Assembly (NCBI GenBank): GCA_907165135.1
Contig: OU015567.1
Coordinates: 5,332,001 to 5,396,000, forward strand
From: Oikopleura dioica
Lineage: Eukaryota > Animalia > Chordata
Direction of reading: 5' to 3'
Length of the DNA stretch: 64,000 nucleotides
The notes under the pieces are model-generated. The model saw only the letters and a list, made by a program, of their open reading frames with translations. It was not told the DNA's origin and made no database searches. Position 1 is the first letter of the stretch. The number at the start of each line of letters is the position of its first letter. Of this stretch, positions 1-11,225 are shown piece by piece. The translations under genes were made by a program, and so were the position numbers.

Positions 1-1
1 C

Positions 2-614
2 CGACCAACTCAAGGCAGTGAGAGCTCTGAAGATCGCCCCATCGACAACCTCCAGCTCGGAAAAACAGAAGAAAGCGAGGAGAGACTGATCTTTCCCCTC
101 TCAGAAGAAGATCAAGAAAAACGATATCTTTCGGATGTCGAGAAAAACACCTGTTTTGACTGCCGAGGAACAACCGCCATTGACTGCCTTCAATGGGGAA
201 GAAAAGTCGACTGCTACGACCACGAGGTAGGCCAGAAAAAAGAGCCATCGAATCATCAACTTTCAGGTCTGCCAAGTAGTGGAACGAAGAAGAGGAGGAA
301 AATCATACTTTATCGAGGCAAAATGCAAGCAAAAATTCGCCGCATGCCAAATCAACCAGCAACAAAACAACAAGACCCACGGAATCAATGAGCTGACAGA
401 GTGCCACAATCAACAATTTGACCGTAAAGCCCCCTCTTTTTTTGCCGAAAATCTCAATTTTTTCTTAGTAAATGGAGCAGAGATCCCTTCAACTTGCCGG
501 CAATGTGCTTCGGATGTTCGCACAATGACACAATTTATCGCGGAAATTTCTCGATTTGACGAATTTAACGGTTTGCCGGTCGAGAAATGGATGAAAAATC
601 TTGACGAAAAATAA
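2..614 (+). CDS. Oikosin-like cysteine-domain protein (5' end outside window)
   Basis: Exons 2-226, 267-423 and 469-614 with GT-AG introns of 40 and 45 nt give ...TCFDCRGTTAIDCLQWGRKVDCYDHEVCQVVERRRGGKSYFIEAKCKQKFAACQINQQQN...STCRQC. The Cys spacing resembles the larvacean oikosin-type module as I recall it. AATAAA near 646. Confidence 0.55.
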
Positions 615-779
615 GCTCAATGCCTTTTTCAACCTTTTTTCTGTAAATAAAAGTCAAAGTTTTAAAAAAAATTGATGACTCTTTTTCATCCTCAGCTGAT
701 AAGCCCGCCCTTGACTCATTTCATCCCTTTCTCTTCAAATTCTAGCGCGATTGAAAACACAAATCTAAGCACATGCCAT

Positions 780-3700
780 ATGGAGCAAATCGTAAATTTT
801 CTAACAGACAAATCAGAGAATCCGAGCGAAAATGATATTTACGAAAATTTGGTGGATATTATGTTCCAAATGGACAGTGGATTTGGCCAGTGTGTGTTTT
901 TGTTGGACAAGGGAAACTTTAATCTGTTTCTTAATAAGTTGAAGAGATATGTGGTTATTAACTCGATGAATTTTCTAAGGAAGGCCTCAAAAATTCAAAT
1001 CTTTACTGAAGAAATTACTTAATTGGGAAAAATCTCAAAAAAACTATGTTTATTTTGGGCAAAATCGACGAATAAAATCAGATAATTTTGATGAAATTTC
1101 GGTCAAATTTTAACCAATCAGATGGTCGCTTTTGGTCCGTGAGCCAATGAGATTCGAGAATATATTGACACAAAATTTCGGTCGATTTATTGTACTTTTT
1201 TTGCTTTTTCGAGCCAAAAAATTAGAAAACCGGTAAATAAGGGTCCTCCTTTTGACATGATATTTTCGCTCTAGAATTTTCGAGACCTTTTTGAAGAGAC
1301 GAAATTCCACTGATATCAAGCCTGGAAAAGGCCTCAATCGAAGACTGGCGAGCTATTTCAAATGTGGTCATTTTCTGCGCTGTTCAGCACTCCTCATGGT
1401 AAGCAATTCTAAAGATGCTCAAATCAAAAAATCTGTAGCCAACAATCGCTCATCGAGATCCTCCAAAAAATGCCGGAATCTCGCCAAAAAGAAATCATGG
1501 AAAAAATGAACACGCTCCGAAATCAACACTCGCTAAACGACGAACTAAGCGCGGAGATTTACAAACAGACCCAAAGAGCTGATCAATGCGAGCTGGAAAA
1601 TGAGCAGCTGAGGGAAGAAATAACGAGGTTGCGATCAAAAGCGGAGAATTTGAACAGAGAGAAGGCGTTTATCGCGGATTCTTGTGAGCAGACGGTTTTG
1701 GAGATTCGCTCGAAATTGGAGTCTGTGAGGGAAGAGCTGCTAAGGACGGAGCATCAGTTTGAGGAAGAAAGATTGATAAGGTAAGTTTTCACATGACATG
1801 GGGCCTTTTGAGGGGGTGGCAAAAAAAATTTCGACAAATTTTGCGTGGGCGGCTCCTTGGCTGCTGATTGGCCGGTGCCCCGAATCAAGGCTTCTGATTG
1901 GTTGAAAATTTTCACGAAAATTGTCGAAATTTTTTGTCCGTTCCCTCTTTTGAGGTCGGAAACCTGTGTAGAAAACCTGAGTCAGGTTTTAAAACAGGTT
2001 GAACTTACTTGATGAATCTTCACAGACTCCTGTCAAAGCATAGCCATTGATAATTACAGGCTCAGCATAAGTATTCATCACGTGACCGAGCTCGAAGTAG
2101 CACGCGCAGACGGGCTGGATCCCCATCAACTCCATAAACTCGGTCGTAACGCAGTAGGCATTGAAAGGAGCACAATCATCTGTGGAAGAACAGTTTATTT
2201 CCCAAACAGCCATGGCAGTGACTCTCAGAAACGGCAGACTTGTGAGCAAAATAAGAAGCTTAGAAATTTTTAGCTCAAAATTCAAAAAAAAAAATCTTAC
2301 TTGTTCAAACTTCATTTTTCAAATCTCTTCGATCTTTGATTTTTTGTGGCTAGTCTGAGATGGAACGATTTTCTGAACACTTTTGAGCGCAGTTCATAGT
2401 TTTTACAGCTTTCAGATTACAACGAAAATGTTATTTACGGCATAAACAGAGGTTAAGGTCATTTCAACTTCATACTTGCCATAAATCGAGAATTCTAAGC
2501 ATCTTTTATAAACTTCGTCATCATCAGCGCAATCTGAATATTTCAGGGAGGAGCTGGAAAAATCAGAAGAATCGATCCGACAATCACTTTCTCAAAAAGA
2601 AGAAGACTTCCAAACAACCCTATCTGAGCTTCAAAAGTCTCATGTTCAGCGAGCCGAATTTGAAGAGCTTCAAAAAGAATACGACAACCTGCAAAATGAG
2701 TTTGAAATCATCAACGTCAATTATGTCGACAAAAGTCTTGAATACGACGATTTACAAGAAGAAATGAAGAAATTAAAGGTCAGTTTTGAAAATAAAAAAA
2801 TGATCGTTTTTCAACCCTTTTTTGCTCAGAAAGAATGCAGCTTCGCGAAAAATCTCAAAAAAGAAAACAAAAATTTAAAAATCCAGCTCGAGGAACTCAT
2901 TTGGTCGCACGAAAACGAGCTCGCCGAGAAAGAACACTTCATGGAAGATCGAATCAAAACACTAGAAAATCTGCTCGAAGAATCACATGACGAAAACGAG
3001 CGACTTTCAGAAGAGCTTTTGGATCTCCGCGATTTCGAAATTGAAAAGTCGCTTTCTGCAGAACTCGGGAAAATCGACAAAAGCCCCGATTTTGAAAGAG
3101 TCATCGAGCCAGTTTCAGGTTAGTTTGTTTATTGGGGAGTATAGGAAAAGAAATACATTCCAAGCTGCATTTTCGGCTGAAGCGATTTGTAAAAATTGAG
3201 CTTTTTTGGTTTGCCCCACTCGTTGCATTCTTCGTAGCGCAGGTCGTAGACAAAACCGCCAGAGCAGCAGCCGAAAAGAAGGGATTTGTAAGCGTTGCCG
3301 TTGCAGCAGGCTTCGTCAGGGGCGAGTTGGATTTTGAAATCATTGTTTCCGCATAATCGGTTTTCATCGACCTCGGCTTTTTGGACGACTCGATTTCTTA
3401 AAAACGATTGGAAAATTAACCCGCAGGAAAAGCAATATCTTTTGGCAGGGGGCGCCCTTTTAGCCAATCACAGTCAAGTATTTTTTCCATTAGCCAATCA
3501 GACAGGACCCCCCTCCGATCTCCGCTGGGCCTGACCCTAGCTTATTCATTTCCGACTTACTCGATACAAAAAGCTTCATCCCTTGAAAACGAACTTCCAG
3601 AACAACAACCTTCTTTCGCTGGCTCCTTTAATTCACTACCGCCACAGCAGACTCGCCCATCATTAACATATTTTTCTGAGCAACAAGAATATCCATTTTG

Positions 3701-6700
3701 TTTTTCAAAAACTTTTCCGCCGCAGCAAACTTGTTTCCTGGAATAATAAGGTGCTCCTTCGCAGCATTTATCACCAGCGCTTCGGCTTACAAGTTTGTTT
3801 CCGCAGCAAAGGTGAAACTGGACACTGTAGGTCTCCTCTGTTCGTATCATTTTCTTTCCATCCCAAGATGAGATCGAGCATTTTCGCGTGTTCAGGGTGA
3901 AAAATGGGTTGTATTCTCTCACGACTTCAATCTTTGCGGGCTGGTTTGTTGGCGTTGGAGAGAGATAAGTCCTCGCAGTTGGCGGTGGTTGCTCTTTTTT
4001 CTCATTTTTCGGGCATTTTCCGGGCTTGAGCGAAATATCATCGAAGGCAACTTCTGACGCAAAGCTAAAACCGCGAGTTACAGTGAGAAAGAGCTGCATT
4101 TTCCCCCATCTCCAAGTTTCTGGAAGCTCAGTTTCTAGACGAACTTCGATCCAGTGCTCATTATTGACGGATTTTTTGGGAAGATTGCTGATGATTATTT
4201 CTTCGTTTTTGTTCAAATTCTTTTTTTGGGCTTCAAATTTGAATTCTAGCGCTTTGAACTGCCAATTTTCGCCCTTCCTTTAGCCCAAGGGATCGTCTAA
4301 AAAGCGCCTTTCCGTAGGCCAAGTAAAAGAGCTCGATACAGTAGGTTTTGTCTGTAATTTGAACTTCCGGGGAAAAAATCTTGGCTCCATCCATATTTTT
4401 CTTGTTTCGACTGCCAGTCACAAGATATCCGCCCTTTTCGCCACTCCGATCTGATTTTGCCCCAGTAAGGGCGGAGTAAGATTGGCCAAATCTCTGCTCG
4501 AATCGTATCTCTTTTAATTTTTATTGAAAAAAAAAGAAATTCATATTTACGAATTTTTAAAAAAAGTCTTACTTACTCGAGTTCTGATCATTTTTCCAGC
4601 TCGAAGGGGATTCTCATTTGTTAATTAGTTTTCATAAAGGATGAAGTTTTTAGAATCCCTGGCCAGGACACCAATCTTCATTCCAAGAGCATTGAAAGCC
4701 ATAAATTTTCTCTCCGTCGATAAAAACTCTTGCATCGGCAAAATTCAACAAAATTAAATCAAGGAAAAAAGTCATCTCCGAATATCTGTCTCTCTTAGCT
4801 CAAATAATGAGCTGAAAAAAGGAATCTATTTATACTGTTTTCTGTTTATGAATTCAGAACTCGCTGATTCGAAAAAGTTATTTTTGGTATCTCTTGCTTT
4901 TTAGATCTTTTTATATTTGGAACATAGAACATTTGCTGCCCGGAAATGAATAAACATTTTTTTACAACATGAAATCCGAGTAAATTTTTATTATGCAAAT
5001 ACCGAGTGCACTCCCTTAATTTTTCTTCTCATTCTAGAGCTGGTCGAATTTCTTCCGGAAGAACTGAAATTTGAAAATTCCTTATTTTGGATGATAGATT
5101 CTATAAAATTACCGATAGCTAGGCGTCAGTGTTACTGGTAGTAGTTGTAGTCGTAGTGGTAGCAGTAGGACAAAGCCCACAAGATTCTTTGCACATTTCT
5201 CGCATGTACATTGGATTTTTCGAGCAATTGCCGCTCGCAGCCAATGATGCGCAGTCATTATCTTTATCAGCACAACAAGGGCTTTTGACGGGGTCTCTGC
5301 ACTCACAGGTAAACCCAGATCTATCAGCAGTGTTGACGCATCGTTCGTTGTCAGCGCAATCATGATGAGCGCATGGAAAATGTTCTCCTGTTCGGGGTTC
5401 GGTTCCAGGTTCGCAGCTGAAGCTTATTTCTGGATGATCTCCGAACGGGAAAACGTAGCTAGCGGATAATTCTCCGTTGTCGCCAAAGCAGACGTTGTCT
5501 GATTCGGCCCCTGTCCAGGCCCACGGAGCATCGCATCCACCCCACCCAGGGAAGTCGCAGACAGTCCATCCTTTCTCCGTCTCCCATCGGATCCCTCCGA
5601 GCCATTCGTGGTCACCTGGGCATTGATAAAAATCCTTGCCGTTGTATGTCCCACAGGCGACGCAAGATCCGACGCCATTCCAGTTTACATAAAGAGAGGA
5701 GCAGCAGCCTAGGGCAGTTTTAGGCGCCTCCTCAAAGCAATCAGCGAGACGGTTATCTTCGTCTTCTCCGTCGAGACAGTCCCTAAAGCCATCGCAGAAT
5801 CTGTGCTCGAAGATCGGTCGGATCACGCCAACGACATCTGGCTCAAGGCACCTTGATCGCGGCACGAGCGGGTGGGTATCGAGTTTGCCTTCGCAGTAGA
5901 GAGCGTGCCCCTGCTCGGCATCGGTGGTGGTGAGAAGGTGATGAGGAGCGTAGCTGCGGCCGTTGACGAGGGTGTACCCGGTCTTCATCAGAGTGGAAGC
6001 CGGCTCGAAGGGATGGCCACTGTCAATCCATTCATCTTCGTTGATGGCACCGACAGCATCTCCACCGGTGATGTGGTCAGCCCAATCTGGTCGATCTTCT
6101 TCGTGGAGAAAGCCGAGAGCGTGGAGGAACTCGTGATGGATGCCGCCGCCACTGATGCAAGAGTTTTCGAGTCGAAGTGCTTGCCATCCGGGATGGATTC
6201 CACTTACGCCATTGCTGCAATCGTCGAGTTCACAAACACCGATGAATGACCAGCAACCAGTGCTGTCCGAGGTCTCACCAACAATGTGAACACCGATGTC
6301 GTTCGAGAAGGCTCCATCGTACACGAATTTCAGACATCCCATGGCTTTGGTCAGGTCGGCGAGCTCATCGTGGATTTGCTGCCAGCTTTCTTTTGGAACT
6401 GTATCTTGAATGGCATATGGAACAACGTATCGTCCATCCGAGTCGGTCTCGCTCCACTTTACAGCCCAGCTGTTTAAACCTCTGACAACTCTATGTCTGC
6501 TTGGTGCGTTCTGGTAAATATTCAGCTTGTCAGCATCGTAACCGAGCTTGACAAGGGCATCAACTTGCCACGGAGCGACAACGAGATCGCCAGACTCGCC
6601 CTGGTCGCCGTGGGCGCTACTTCTTGTATACGCCCAGGGCAGATCTCCTGGGTAGCGTGCTCGTTTCCATTTTGTAGTTGAAGTCTAAAAAATTTTTTAT

Positions 6701-8698
6701 TTGAAATTTTTGGCCGAAACTCGTACATTGCAAGTAGCAATCGCTGAAGTAGTAGTTGTGGTCGTTGTTGTTATCGAATTTTGACAGTTTTTTCCAGTAA
6801 AAGATTCAGGACACAGGCATGAATAACCTCTATCATCGCTCGAGCAGATTCCATTGTTGAGACAAGGTTCGCTGGCGCATGGAGAGATCTCTTTCGAGTC
6901 CTTCATTGATACCAAAACAGACGGTATTATGACAGCCATGGCACCAATCAGCGCAACTAGTATTTTCACAAAAGTTTCCATAACAAACGAGTTTTGTAAC
7001 GAAGTCCGACTTTGGGTTGCTCTCTCTTCATTGTTTTTTTCTGGATCTCCTGCTTTTGGTCTTTTGATTTTTATCATTTTCTTCATTTTCGACGTTTCCG
7101 AACCTCTACTCATTTAGAAAAAGTAAAAATAGACCCTACTGTATTGACACTTCAGTTTGGCAAAGGAGGAAATGAATAAGCGATTGTTTCAGTTACTTTA
7201 TTTCTCATTATGATCTTTAATTTTCATCAAGCTTTAATCAAGAAATCTTTTAACCTTCTTATTCTAGAGCTGGACGAATTTCTCCCGGAAGAGCTGAAGA
7301 AAATCCTGAGCAGGAGAGTTTCTGAGTTTGAAACGAAGATTTTTGAAAATAATGAAAAACTTGCTTCTTTGATGGAAGAAAATGAAAATCTCCGACGATC
7401 AAATCTTCTTTCATCATTTTCTCAAGATCTGATTCGTCAAGCTGAAACAGCGCCACCTGCAGGTTTGAAAAATATTTTTTTCTTTAGCTCAATTGAGTTC
7501 GGAAATCTGCCTAGAAAACCTGAGTCAGGGCCCTGAAAGGGCTGTTTGAAGCCTGACTCAGGTTTTCTACTCAGCAAACTAATCCCAGCTTTAGATTCTG
7601 AAGCCCTTCAACTGTCTTTAACAAATCATTTGGATTTATTCCGCAATTTGTTGGAAGAAAAAGAAGACGAAATCTTCTATCTCGAGGACCGGCTGAAAAA
7701 CTCAGAGGAGGAAAAATCATCTCTTCTTGAAAAACAAGCGAAGCAGTTCAATTCACAAATACGGCTTTTCCGAGAGCTTTTGGAAGAAAAAGATGAAGAA
7801 GTTGAGCAAAAAAATGAAGAACTAAAAATCGAGAAGCGAAGTTTCAAAGAGCTAGAAAGCGAAATTCAAGTCCAAGAGTCGACGATTTTATCGACAAAAA
7901 ATCATGTCAAGTTGTTGTTTCAAAAAGCTCAAGAACTCTCAAAAATAACGGACGAAAAAGCCGCCTTCCTCGAAAATCAAAATAAAGAAAAAGAGGCGCT
8001 AGAAAATAAGCTTCAATCTGCGGTAAAGAAAAACGAATCCTGCGGCAAAAAACTCCTCCAAGCGAAAGGCGAAAAAACTAAGTTGAAAGAAGAGCTAGAA
8101 TCGTTGAAAAATCAGCTTGCTAAAATCAAGGAGGACAAACGCCTTTCAGAAGAACGAAGCTTACAACGGACAAAGAAGATTTCAGAAATGAAAGAAATCG
8201 AGCTTCAAAAGCTAAAATCGGAGAATAAACGGCTCAAATGCTCGCTAGAATCGGAGCAAGAAGGAGCTGAAAGGCTTGAAGAAAGATTTGCCGATGAAGA
8301 AATGAAGATCAACCAACAAAGGGAAAAAATGAACGAGCTCGCTTCAAAACTGCAAAAAATGGAGGCTCTTTTAACAGCTAAAAAGACGGTGAAGAAGGAC
8401 TTGGAAGTGTTTCCAGTCTTGATCAACTCTGGAAAAGATGAAATGAAGGAAAAGATTTTGGAAAAATTCAAGTTTGAACGAGAAAGAAGAGTAGACGCTG
8501 AAAAGGAATTGAGAAATTGCGAGGCGAAAAGAATTGAATACGAACGATTTTGTCTTAGGTAAACTTCTAACGTTGGTACCTCCTTAATTTTCAATATCTT
8601 TCAGGTTTTTACGAAGCACTGGAATCGGAATACGCCTTTCAAGAAACTTTGGCCTTGAAGAACTTATGAGAAATTTTATTATGAATGATTTCCTGTAA
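780..8698 (+). CDS. Hook-domain coiled-coil protein (HOOK/CCDC88/NuMA-like), multi-exon
   Basis: DWRAISNVVIFCAVQHSSCQQSLIEILQKMPESRQKEIM resembles the end of the Hook domain, followed by long E/K/L heptad exons. Splice phases match across ~1784/2547, ~2790/2830, 3118/7268, ~7460/7590 and ~8539/8605; stop TAA at 8696-8698. The first two introns are not firmly resolved. Confidence 0.62.
1989..2315 (-). CDS. Small secreted six-cysteine protein nested in a Hook-gene intron
   Basis: MKFEQ|LLILLTSLPFLRVTA (in-frame 42-nt GT-AG intron 2259-2300) then CSSTDDCAPFNAYC...CACYFELG...GVCEDSS. A GTAAGT near the end may splice to an exon I could not find. Confidence 0.5.
   Translation of the reverse strand: MKFEQVRFFFLNFELKISKLLILLTSLPFLRVTAMAVWEINCSSTDDCAPFNAYCVTTEFMELMGIQPVCACYFELGHVMNTYAEPVIINGYALTGVCEDSSSKFNLF
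3129..4775 (-). CDS. Secreted MAM-domain protein with galaxin-like Cys-Cys repeats, nested in a Hook-gene intron
   Basis: Signal peptide MTFFLDLILLNFADA; MAM hallmarks CSWNEDWC, GEKGGYL and VAFDDISLKPGKC; then repeated CCG/CCS/CCE units (HLCCGNKL, DKCCEGAPY, QVCCGGKV, YSCCSEK). Intron 3560 to ~3397 joins CIE|NRVVQK in frame. 5' junctions are approximate. Confidence 0.7.
5119..7113 (-). CDS. Type II membrane astacin (M12A) metalloprotease: TM-EGF-Thr-pro-astacin-LDLa-like-EGF-ShKT
   Basis: Exons 7113-6727 and 6684-5119 (42-nt GT-AG intron). TM ILVALIGAMAVIIPSVLVSM; EGF CASEPCLNNGIC...C; zinc motif HEFLHALGFLHEEDRPD; FCDGFRDCLDGEDED; ShK CADKDNDCASLAASGNCSKNPMYMREMCKESCGLC. Confidence 0.88.
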
Positions 8699-8720
8699 CA
8701 AAAAAAATACAAAATGCTCA

Positions 8721-10630
8721 TCAGTGTATTCCAGTTATTTCTACGTGCATTTGAACAAGCACCGCCCAGAAGCAAAGAAAACTGGTCATGTAGTCGTTGA
8801 GAAAGTTTCCATCGATATTTCGCGAAAGACGTAATTGATGACGAGTTCTGCCGATGAAGAGGGGAAAGGAGCAGGGGCAGATGCACATTAAAAATGACAT
8901 TGATCGTGTTATCTCTGAAGGTTTTTCAAGGAAGGGGATAGGAAGAAAATTAAATAGGGGTGGCCTTGTTCATTCGGCTCTTCCTGCAGGTGAGCCCTCG
9001 TTAACTTTTGGGCCACTTTAGGAATCCTGATTGGCAGACGATCTTCGAAAGAAAGGCTACGCGGCCAAAGGATGAACAAGGGGACTAATGTAGAGGCTCA
9101 ACGAGGAACAAGGCAATCCCTGTTTTACCTGGATATTTTCTTAGAAACAAATCTGATTTTCTCAAATCCGAGAGAAAAACGCAGGGGAGACCAAGCGCTG
9201 ATAAACGAGACGGGAGCTTTTCCAGCCATTAGCTTTTCCAGCCGTTAGCTTTTCCAGCCATTAGCTTTTCCAGCCTTGCTGGAAATTCTAATTTGCTGGA
9301 AAAGCTAATATACTGGAAAAGCTTCTTTCAGATTGATATTTTTCTCATGAAAATATAAGTTGATAAAATAAGTACTATTTTTATTAAAAAGTGTATTAAC
9401 TTAGACGTGCTTTTTTAAGGTTAACGATGTTTTCCAGCCCGTTTCCGCCATATAGACCCCCGAACACCATATAATTTTAGAATCAGCAGAAAATTTTAAG
9501 AACTTTGACGGTTTAAAATTCTAGAAAACTCCACTTCCGGTCGATTCTAGAGCCGGAAGTTGACGTAATTAAGGTGTCATGGTGAAGTTTGACCTATCAA
9601 ATTGCTGATCTGACGATTTCCTATCATTTTAGAAAAGAATAAAGACCAACCGCGGTCAAACCAACCGAAAAAAATGAAAAAATTTCATCAATTTACGCCT
9701 TTTTTACATAATTTTGCCGGTCGGTTTGACCACGTTTGGGACTCTGTCTTCTGATACATTGATTATATACATTGATTATAGGATGACTCAAAATCTTCCG
9801 AGCATCAATTTGACAGGTCATACTTTACCATCACACCAAAATTTCGTCAACTTCCGGCTCTAGAATCGACCGGAAGTGGAGTTTTCTAGAATTTTAAACC
9901 GTCAAAGTTCTTAAAATTTTCTGCTGATTCTAAAAAGGTATGGACCATACCGTATGGTGTTCGGGGGTCTATAAGGCGGAAGTGAGCTGGAAAACTTGGT
10001 GAACCTTAAAAAAGCACGTCTTAGTGTAATATAATTAATAATGGTTCATTATTAATTAATAATCGTCGATTAGTATAAAATTTATCGAGAGATCGGTTTC
10101 AAAGGCGGTCGGGATTTTTGGTACTCCTTGTTCCGATTTTGGTACTGCGAGCATGGCTGTTGATTTCGGAGCGTACGTGTTTCTCAGAAAACGATCTCTC
10201 GATAATTCTTATATTCTTATATTAATCGACGATTATTAATTAATTATGATATTTCACAAAGTAAATACACTTTTTAATGAAAAAAGTACTTATTTTATCA
10301 AACTATATTTTCATTAGAAAAATATCAATCTGAAAGAAGCTTTTCCAGCCATTAGCTTTTCCAGCCGTTAGCTTTTCCAGCCTTGCTGGAAATTCTAATA
10401 TGCTGGAAAAGCTAATGGCTGGAAAAGCTAATGGCTGGATAAGCTCCCGTCTCCTGATAAACATCTCGGACAACTTTCATTGGTCAAAAAAGGGATAAGA
10501 AAAATTTTCGAAATTCTCAGACCACAGACCTAGAGCCCCAATCCAACAACTCGTGTTTCCATTTGATCTTTTCTTTTGTCGGCTGAGATTTTATTGCTGA
10601 AAATCTCGAGCGTTTTGACGATTCGATTAT
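8721..10630 (-). CDS. PLAC8/cornifelin-family protein (partial model; further upstream exons to ~11550)
   Basis: Exon near 10517-10630 gives SQPTKEKIKWKHELLDWG (QP..W..L.d). The last exon gives MCICPCSFPLFIGRTRHQLRLSRNIDGNFLNDYMTSFLCFWAVLVQMHVE, matching the PLAC8 C-P-C...R..lR..I.G...D......Q...E pattern. The middle exon is unresolved. Confidence 0.5.
9207..10453. mobile_element. Foldback / MULE-like non-autonomous DNA transposon with nested palindromes
   Basis: Ends GAGACGGGAGCTT...AAGCTCCCGTCTC; 9-bp direct repeat CTGATAAAC at 9198-9206 and 10454-10462; inverted arms of ~190 bp with TTAGCTTTTCCAGCC tandem units; internal palindromes ~9401-10022 and ~10030-10250. Confidence 0.88.
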
Positions 10631-11039
10631 GCTCTCCAACATTCTATCTTTCTTTTTGATTGTCGATTTTTTTTTGTGCGGATATATTTTTTCATTGTTG
10701 ACAATTTACTGAAGTAGTATTTCTCTCTTGTTGATCGTCCGTAACAATAACTGTGAGTCCCGGGAGAAGCTCTACGAGGAGATTAATTTCAAGTTTAATT
10801 TCTCCATTTGAGGATGAGTGACTTCTTCAATTTACCGAAATGGACTGTCGGCCCATTGTGATGCTCGCTGCACGACTTGATCGACCTTCCTATAATTTAA
10901 ATTGGCTTAACGAGATGCTAAAACATTTATTTATTCTGACAAATCTGCATGTTTTTCTCCCCCATTTTATTCATAAAAAATGAATGAGAATTCTCAAGAA
11001 ATTATTTTTTTTCGACCAAATCGACAAAAAACGCAACGA

Positions 11040-11225
11040 TTTTGGCCAAAATTTTGGTCGAATTTTAGTCCAATCAGACCAGAGGATTTCGCCAGTTGGC
11101 CAATAAGATTTCAAAAAAATTTTTGCGACAAAAATTGATTTTTTGCAATATTTGTTTTTCTGAAATCTTATTGGCCTTCTGGTTGGTCTTGAATTCGACC
11201 AAAATTTTGGCCAAATTTGTCGTCA
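11040..11225. repeat. Intronic palindromic element carrying a CCAAT pair (relatives at ~1085-1190 and ~1820-1935)
   Basis: AAAATTTTGGTCGAATT...AATTCGACCAAAATTTT inverted arms; CCAAT at 11070 and 11100; flanks align with 1091-1180. Confidence 0.65.
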
